From Planctomycetota bacterium (GTDB lineage Bacteria > Planctomycetota > GCA-002687715 > DRQF01), in assembly GCA_036479435.1 (NCBI GenBank), contig JAZGFI010000171.1:1-47435 (forward strand): 47,435 bases of DNA. The letters are read 5' to 3'. The position numbers and the translations under genes are program-made. How positions within the stretch are numbered: the stretch's first letter is position 1; the number at the start of each line of letters is the position of its first letter. The notes under the pieces were generated by a model. That model did not search any database. It had not been told where the DNA came from and saw only the letters and a list, made by a program, of their open reading frames with translations. Positions 44,713 through 47,435 of this stretch are shown here, one piece after another.

Positions 44713-45737
44713 GACTTCTTCGCTTCGTTGCACCAATGGTGGCCCCGGTCCGCACCGGGCGGGGCTACGTATGTGAAGTCCCGGCATATCTCCGGGTGCT
44801 CAGCTTGCATGTGCTTGACGAGCTTGCTCCGGTCGAGCACTTCGTTGCCGCCCTTACCGACGCGTTTGCGCCAGACCTTGCCGTTGCCATCCGGGATGCC
44901 GCCGCTCTCCTTGGCGTAGGCCTTTAGCTGAGCCTCGCAGGCAGGCAGCAACTTCTTCGCCCGCAGCACGAGCTCGAGTATGCCCAGTGCATTATCCTTG
45001 GTGAGCCCGCCCGGTTGGGATAATGGGTACAGCGCGGCTTCGGGGTCCTGGATAGGCAAGAGATACTCTTGGCAGTGCAGCCGGTCCCAGCAGTTCTGAC
45101 AATGGGTACCGGTGGCGTACTCGCCGCCTGTGTTCATGACGGCGTGCATGACCTGGTCGAGCAGCCCGATGCTGTCGAACCCTATCTCGATTATCTCACC
45201 CCAGTCCCAGCCACCCTCGGTGAGGTTCCAGTAGCCCACACAGAACCCATCGCAGTCGTGGCGCGACGCTTCGGCAAACCCGTAGCCCATGAGCTGCAAG
45301 GAACGCACACCATCGGGCGAGGAGAAGTCGGTCTTTTTGAGGTCGCCGATGTAGCATATCTTGCAACGCCTACCCTCTATCTCATGGTGGACAATCCACC
45401 GCATGTCCGGATGCCCGGTGCTAACGGCCTTTTCTGGGTCGTCGGTCCAGTCGCCGTCCTTATCGAGCATGGTCTCGAACTCACGCTCGGCCTCGGCGTA
45501 GATGAGCTTGACACCATCGGGGAACTCCACGTCGGTGGGCAAGTACCACGCGTCTATCTCTTCTCTCTCTTCCACCGTGAGACGAGCGAGTAGGCCCGCG
45601 GCCTCGTCTGTCTCAGCTGCCTTGGCGTGGAAGGCCGAACTCACTGCGGCCGCTCGGCCAGCTCCGTGCTTTTCCCCTAGCTTGCCGGCCGCGGAGCAGA
45701 ACCGGACAATCGGGAGTGAGGACATGCGGTTACCCAT
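44709..45737 (-). CDS. Cas4/RecB-like PD-(D/E)XK exonuclease
   Basis: N-terminal Cys, GHPD, GDLKK, QLMGY, CQNCWDRLHC. Confidence 0.8.
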   Translation of the reverse strand: MGNRMSSLPIVRFCSAAGKLGEKHGAGRAAAVSSAFHAKAAETDEAAGLLARLTVEEREEIDAWYLPTDVEFPDGVKLIYAEAEREFETMLDKDGDWTDDPEKAVSTGHPDMRWIVHHEIEGRRCKICYIGDLKKTDFSSPDGVRSLQLMGYGFAEASRHDCDGFCVGYWNLTEGGWDWGEIIEIGFDSIGLLDQVMHAVMNTGGEYATGTHCQNCWDRLHCQEYLLPIQDPEAALYPLSQPGGLTKDNALGILELVLRAKKLLPACEAQLKAYAKESGGIPDGNGKVWRKRVGKGGNEVLDRSKLVKHMQAEHPEICRDFTYVAPPGADRGHHWCNEAKKS

Positions 45738-46789
45738 TACGATGCATCCGCCATTTCGCTGATTGAGTTGATTACAAGCTGGGCATGCTCGCTATTCTCG
45801 AGGATTGTGACCGCACTGGCCCCGGGCACGACACCATTGATGTACGAGTCTATCTCACTGCGCTTCTTGATACCGACACGCTTGAACTGCAGCTTGAGCG
45901 CATCCTTTTGGTCCTGCGTGGCCAATAGGATGGTGACCTCGCTCTCGTCGCCCATGTCCGTGTCGCCATCGGCACGCAGCGAGAAGTCGGGCGCTGTCTC
46001 CTGGTCTGCAGGATGTGGCGGCTCATCGGGTGGTGGCGCAGGCTTGCTGGCCATGGTGACCACTGTGGGTCGTGCAACCACAGGTCTGGCGACCTCGGGC
46101 TTGGTGATCCGGCCATGGCGCGTGTTCGGGTCGGCGTTGTGCTGCTTGCGAGCCTCGACCTCTTCCTTGGTAGGCGCTCTGCTTGCTGGCTTATTCGTGG
46201 GCGGCTTGCGTTGCGGGCGAGGTGCACGTTGCTGCGGCTTGACTTGCACCGGGGGTACGGCTTGCTTTTGCTTGCCCTGCTCTTGCGGCATCGAGTCGAG
46301 GTCGGCGTCGCCGGCCAGATTGAGCGCGGACTGCAAGAGGTAGCGCCGCATGTAGGTGAGCACGGCGCCCATCTTCTGTGGCGTGGAGGGCGCGCGCACC
46401 CCGTCGGCCATCTGGGATAGGCGCAGGTCGTACGGAAACGACATGGTGGCGCCATGGCCTGCGATGATGGTCGTGATGCGAGACCAGCCCTCGCCCAGTG
46501 GGCTAGGCATGAGTGGCTGCATGACCACGACACCCTGGTCTGCGAGCGCCCCCTCGGCACCACGAGTGGCTTTGTTGATGGCAGCGATGTCGGCGTACTT
46601 GAACCTGTCAGTCGCAGTCAGCTTTCCTTCTGCGTCCTTGCCGATGCGGTCGAAGTGCTTCGATGCCTTGGCGAGCGCCGCTAACAGCGCAGACTGGGCC
46701 TTGGTGACATCATCGAAGAGTGGGTCCGGAGGCATGCCCCTGGCAATGCGTTCGGTGGGTGCTGCCATGGTGTGCGGAGCGTCGGTCAT
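45737..46789 (-). CDS. erf: ERF-family single-strand annealing protein
   Basis: FKYADI..QP..GAVLTYMRRYLL..DAD.D. Confidence 0.85.
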   Translation of the reverse strand: MTDAPHTMAAPTERIARGMPPDPLFDDVTKAQSALLAALAKASKHFDRIGKDAEGKLTATDRFKYADIAAINKATRGAEGALADQGVVVMQPLMPSPLGEGWSRITTIIAGHGATMSFPYDLRLSQMADGVRAPSTPQKMGAVLTYMRRYLLQSALNLAGDADLDSMPQEQGKQKQAVPPVQVKPQQRAPRPQRKPPTNKPASRAPTKEEVEARKQHNADPNTRHGRITKPEVARPVVARPTVVTMASKPAPPPDEPPHPADQETAPDFSLRADGDTDMGDESEVTILLATQDQKDALKLQFKRVGIKKRSEIDSYINGVVPGASAVTILENSEHAQLVINSISEMADAS

Positions 46790-46866
46790 ATGTCTCTACT
46801 GTAGAGCAACCTCGTGACGTGTCAACCGTTGCCACTGGCCTAAAATGGCGTTACAATGACGGCACT
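46790..46866. promoter_or_regulatory. divergent promoter pair carrying operators A and B
   Basis: Leftward TTGACA-16-TACAGT (46825-46798); rightward TTGCCA-17-TACAAT (46829-46857). Confidence 0.7.
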
Positions 46867-47085
46867 ATGGCGGCGTTAGCATTCATCCCCAAGACAGGCA
46901 TCGAACAGACGAGGCGGGACACGTACGACAAAGCGTACTACCACGCGCGGATGCGCGAACCCACGCTCTCGTGGAGCAACTGGATAAGGCGCGGGCTCGA
47001 TGAGGCGGCTCGCCAGGAGCTCAAGCTAGACGGCTGTCCGATGTGCACGGCGCTCCGGCCCAGGCCAAAGAGGCGTAGGGCCTAG
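46867..47085 (+). CDS. small DNA-binding protein, ribbon-helix-helix-like
   Basis: ..LSWSNWIRRGLDEAA..CPMC; own promoter. Confidence 0.55.
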   Translation: MAALAFIPKTGIEQTRRDTYDKAYYHARMREPTLSWSNWIRRGLDEAARQELKLDGCPMCTALRPRPKRRRA

Positions 47086-47088
47086 CGG

Positions 47089-47435
47089 CTACACATGATC
47101 GATGCGACCTGCAAAGCGAAGGATAGGCACCGGGCGCTTCTCCGGGTTATACCGCCGTGGGAGTGTCCTAACTGGTCTTACTGTTTGCACCTCAACTACT
47201 TGCTCCTTTGGACGCACCGCAACGGCTTGGTCCGCGATGCGGGGCATCGGTGCGAGTGTGTGCGTATGCTGTATCTTTGCGACGGCCACCCACTGGCCGC
47301 AGTCTCGGCAGGTGCCGGCACGTCCGATAAACGCGAGGGCGGATAGCCCACCCACGCTCCACACGAGTTGCTGGCTTTGCGTAGCCCACGCAGCCGTGGC
47401 CAGCACGAGCACGTAGGCGCAAAGCCAGAGTGTGG
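47089..47435 (-). CDS. 3' part of the junction-spanning membrane protein (start at position 140)
   Basis: In frame with ATG 140 across the overlap. Confidence 0.7.
   Translation of the reverse strand, partial: TLWLCAYVLVLATAAWATQSQQLVWSVGGLSALAFIGRAGTCRDCGQWVAVAKIQHTHTLAPMPRIADQAVAVRPKEQVVEVQTVRPVRTLPRRYNPEKRPVPILRFAGRIDHV
47309..47435. repeat. 127-bp terminal direct repeat, copy 2
   Basis: Identical to 1-127. Confidence 0.95.

Noticed and set aside
44709..45737. CRISPR-associated Cas4
   Set aside because: No array or other cas genes; its position next to erf indicates a recombination exonuclease
1..47435. tRNA genes, introns/inteins, alternative genetic code
   Set aside because: No cloverleaf or T-loop pattern found by eye; terL and helicase are uninterrupted and of normal size; standard-code ORFs tile the genome

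Overview
The window is a complete, circularly assembled genome of a GC-rich tailed phage with a podovirus-type, P22-like short tail. Bases 1-127 are identical to 47309-47435, giving about 47,308 bp of unique sequence, and an ORF reads across the junction. Modules: leftward early micro-genes (1-1950); a mostly non-coding control region (~1950-3160); an XRE regulator followed by accessory genes and two paralogous HNH endonucleases (3.1-10.6 kb); an inverted fibre cassette (10.6-14.4 kb); adenine methylase, GH25 endolysin and RusA; terminase, portal, GroES-like, scaffold, capsid, tail and ejection genes (20.9-40.5 kb); and an inverted recombination module (ERF, Cas4-like exonuclease, ParB-like protein, SF2 helicase). 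I recognised no integrase, DNA polymerase, primase, tRNA or CRISPR. Most notable: (1) a ~35-aa G(Q/E)xx(Y/F)...WxxL...(W/F)E module in about 9 copies over 7 genes; (2) two dispersed palindromic operator families overlapping -10 boxes and meeting at a divergent switch; (3) a near-consensus chromosomal parS inside an ejection gene; (4) several promoter-driven structured RNA candidates; (5) widespread leaderless promoters; (6) Lys-rich micro-proteins before terL. All calls come from motif recognition by eye; no database searches were run.
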